DNA of 64,000 nt, from positions 197,467 to 261,466 of the forward strand of contig NZ_JAXHMV010000002.1 in the NCBI RefSeq assembly GCF_034521165.1, given 5' to 3'. Position 1 is the stretch's first letter. Every line of letters starts with the position of its first letter. A model generated the notes under the pieces. It worked only from the letters and a program-made list of their open reading frames with translations, was not told where the DNA came from and did no database searches. This DNA comes from Thiohalophilus sp. GTDB lineage: Bacteria; Pseudomonadota; Gammaproteobacteria; UBA6429; Thiohalophilaceae. Both the position numbers and the translations under genes were made by a program. Of this stretch, positions 63,300 through 64,000 are shown one piece after another.

Positions 63300-64000
63300 C
63301 TATCGTGCTGAATCCGGGTTTGATTTGATATACACATCCCGCTGCGGGAACGGAATGGTAATATTGTGTTCCTTGAAGGCCCGCCAGATTCCCAGGTTCA
63401 ATTCCGAGCGGATGCTGTTAACTCCTTTCTCCGGATCGCTGATCCAGATACGCAACTCGAGACCGATGCCGTTGTCACCGAATTCCAGCAAGCGCCCGAC
63501 CGGTTCGGGATCCGGCAGCACACGCGGATGCTGTTTGGCCAGTTCCACCATCAGTTGCATGGCCAGTTCCGGATCATCGCCGTAGCTGATCTGCACCGGA
63601 AGCTTGACCCGCACGTTGCGATCCTCATAGCTCCAGTTGATCACCTCCGTGGTGATCAGGTTCTCGTTGGGAATCAACGTATCCACCCCGTCACGATCCC
63701 GCACTACAATATAGCGGGCATGCAGCTCGTGGACCCAGCCGAACTTGTTACCCACGCTGATCACATCCCCCGGCTTGATGGAGCGATCGAACAACAGCAA
63801 GAACCCGCTGATGAAGTTGCTGGCAATGCGTTGCAGACCAAATCCAAGGCCCACACCGAGCGCACCACCGAACACGGTCAACGCCGTCAGATCAAGCCCT
63901 ACCGCATCCAGGGCGATCAGAACCACCTTAACGATTTTACCCAGCGCCACCTGCAGCCCGGAGGCCAGATAGGTGGCCCGCTGCATGCGCCGCTCGATAA
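63300..64000 (-). CDS. mechanosensitive ion channel (MscS family), C-terminal part; gene continues beyond the window
   Basis: The MscS pore helix and beta domain (GGALGVGLGFGLQRIASNFISGFLLLFDRSIKPGDVI) are present. The reading frame stays open upstream of the ATG at 63986 to the window edge. Confidence 0.8.
   Translation of the reverse strand, partial: IERRMQRATYLASGLQVALGKIVKVVLIALDAVGLDLTALTVFGGALGVGLGFGLQRIASNFISGFLLLFDRSIKPGDVISVGNKFGWVHELHARYIVVRDRDGVDTLIPNENLITTEVINWSYEDRNVRVKLPVQISYGDDPELAMQLMVELAKQHPRVLPDPEPVGRLLEFGDNGIGLELRIWISDPEKGVNSIRSELNLGIWRAFKEHNITIPFPQRDVYIKSNPDSAR

Overview
The window is a 64-kb chromosomal segment of a GC-rich gammaproteobacterium. The gene order dcd-apbC-metG-rnfABCDGE-nth and argG-motY is what I recall from Pseudomonas-type genomes. 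I can support about 60 protein genes. I found no rRNA, tRNA, CRISPR array, transposase or integrase. Most of the window is housekeeping: valS, prfC, leuA, pssA, ilvIHC, proS, purMN, hda, dcd, apbC, metG, rnfABCDGE, nth and argG. Accessory-looking loci are: (1) a Tat-exported two-subunit molybdenum hydroxylase operon with XdhC and MocA maturation genes (3.8-8.1 kb); (2) a thioredoxin-fold/TolC/short membrane-fusion protein/acylphosphatase operon with no inner-membrane pump (27.0-30.0 kb); (3) a three-gene operon at 50.3-52.4 kb; (4) immediately downstream, an AT-richer five-gene operon (52.7-57.0 kb) followed by a PAS-GGDEF-EAL gene. Locus (3) is the standout. It encodes a signal-peptide-bearing precursor whose mature part is essentially eight EGKCG motifs, next to a DUF692/MNIO enzyme and a DUF2063 partner. 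This is an HvfABC/bufferin/methanobactin-like ribosomal peptide (RiPP) metallophore system. Locus (4) combines an RPE-fold+CBS fusion, a type I-beta DAHP synthase, a KdsC-family phosphatase, a GT9 glycosyltransferase and KdsB. That suggests a non-canonical 3-deoxy-ulosonic acid or LPS-core pathway. The intergenic regions also carry at least ten copies of an unusual family of imperfect palindromic elements whose arms are arrays of degenerate 7-9 nt units, plus a few classical GTAG-headed REP/BIME-like hairpins. All calls rest on motif recognition by eye and ORF arithmetic. No alignments, HMM searches or folding computations were run.
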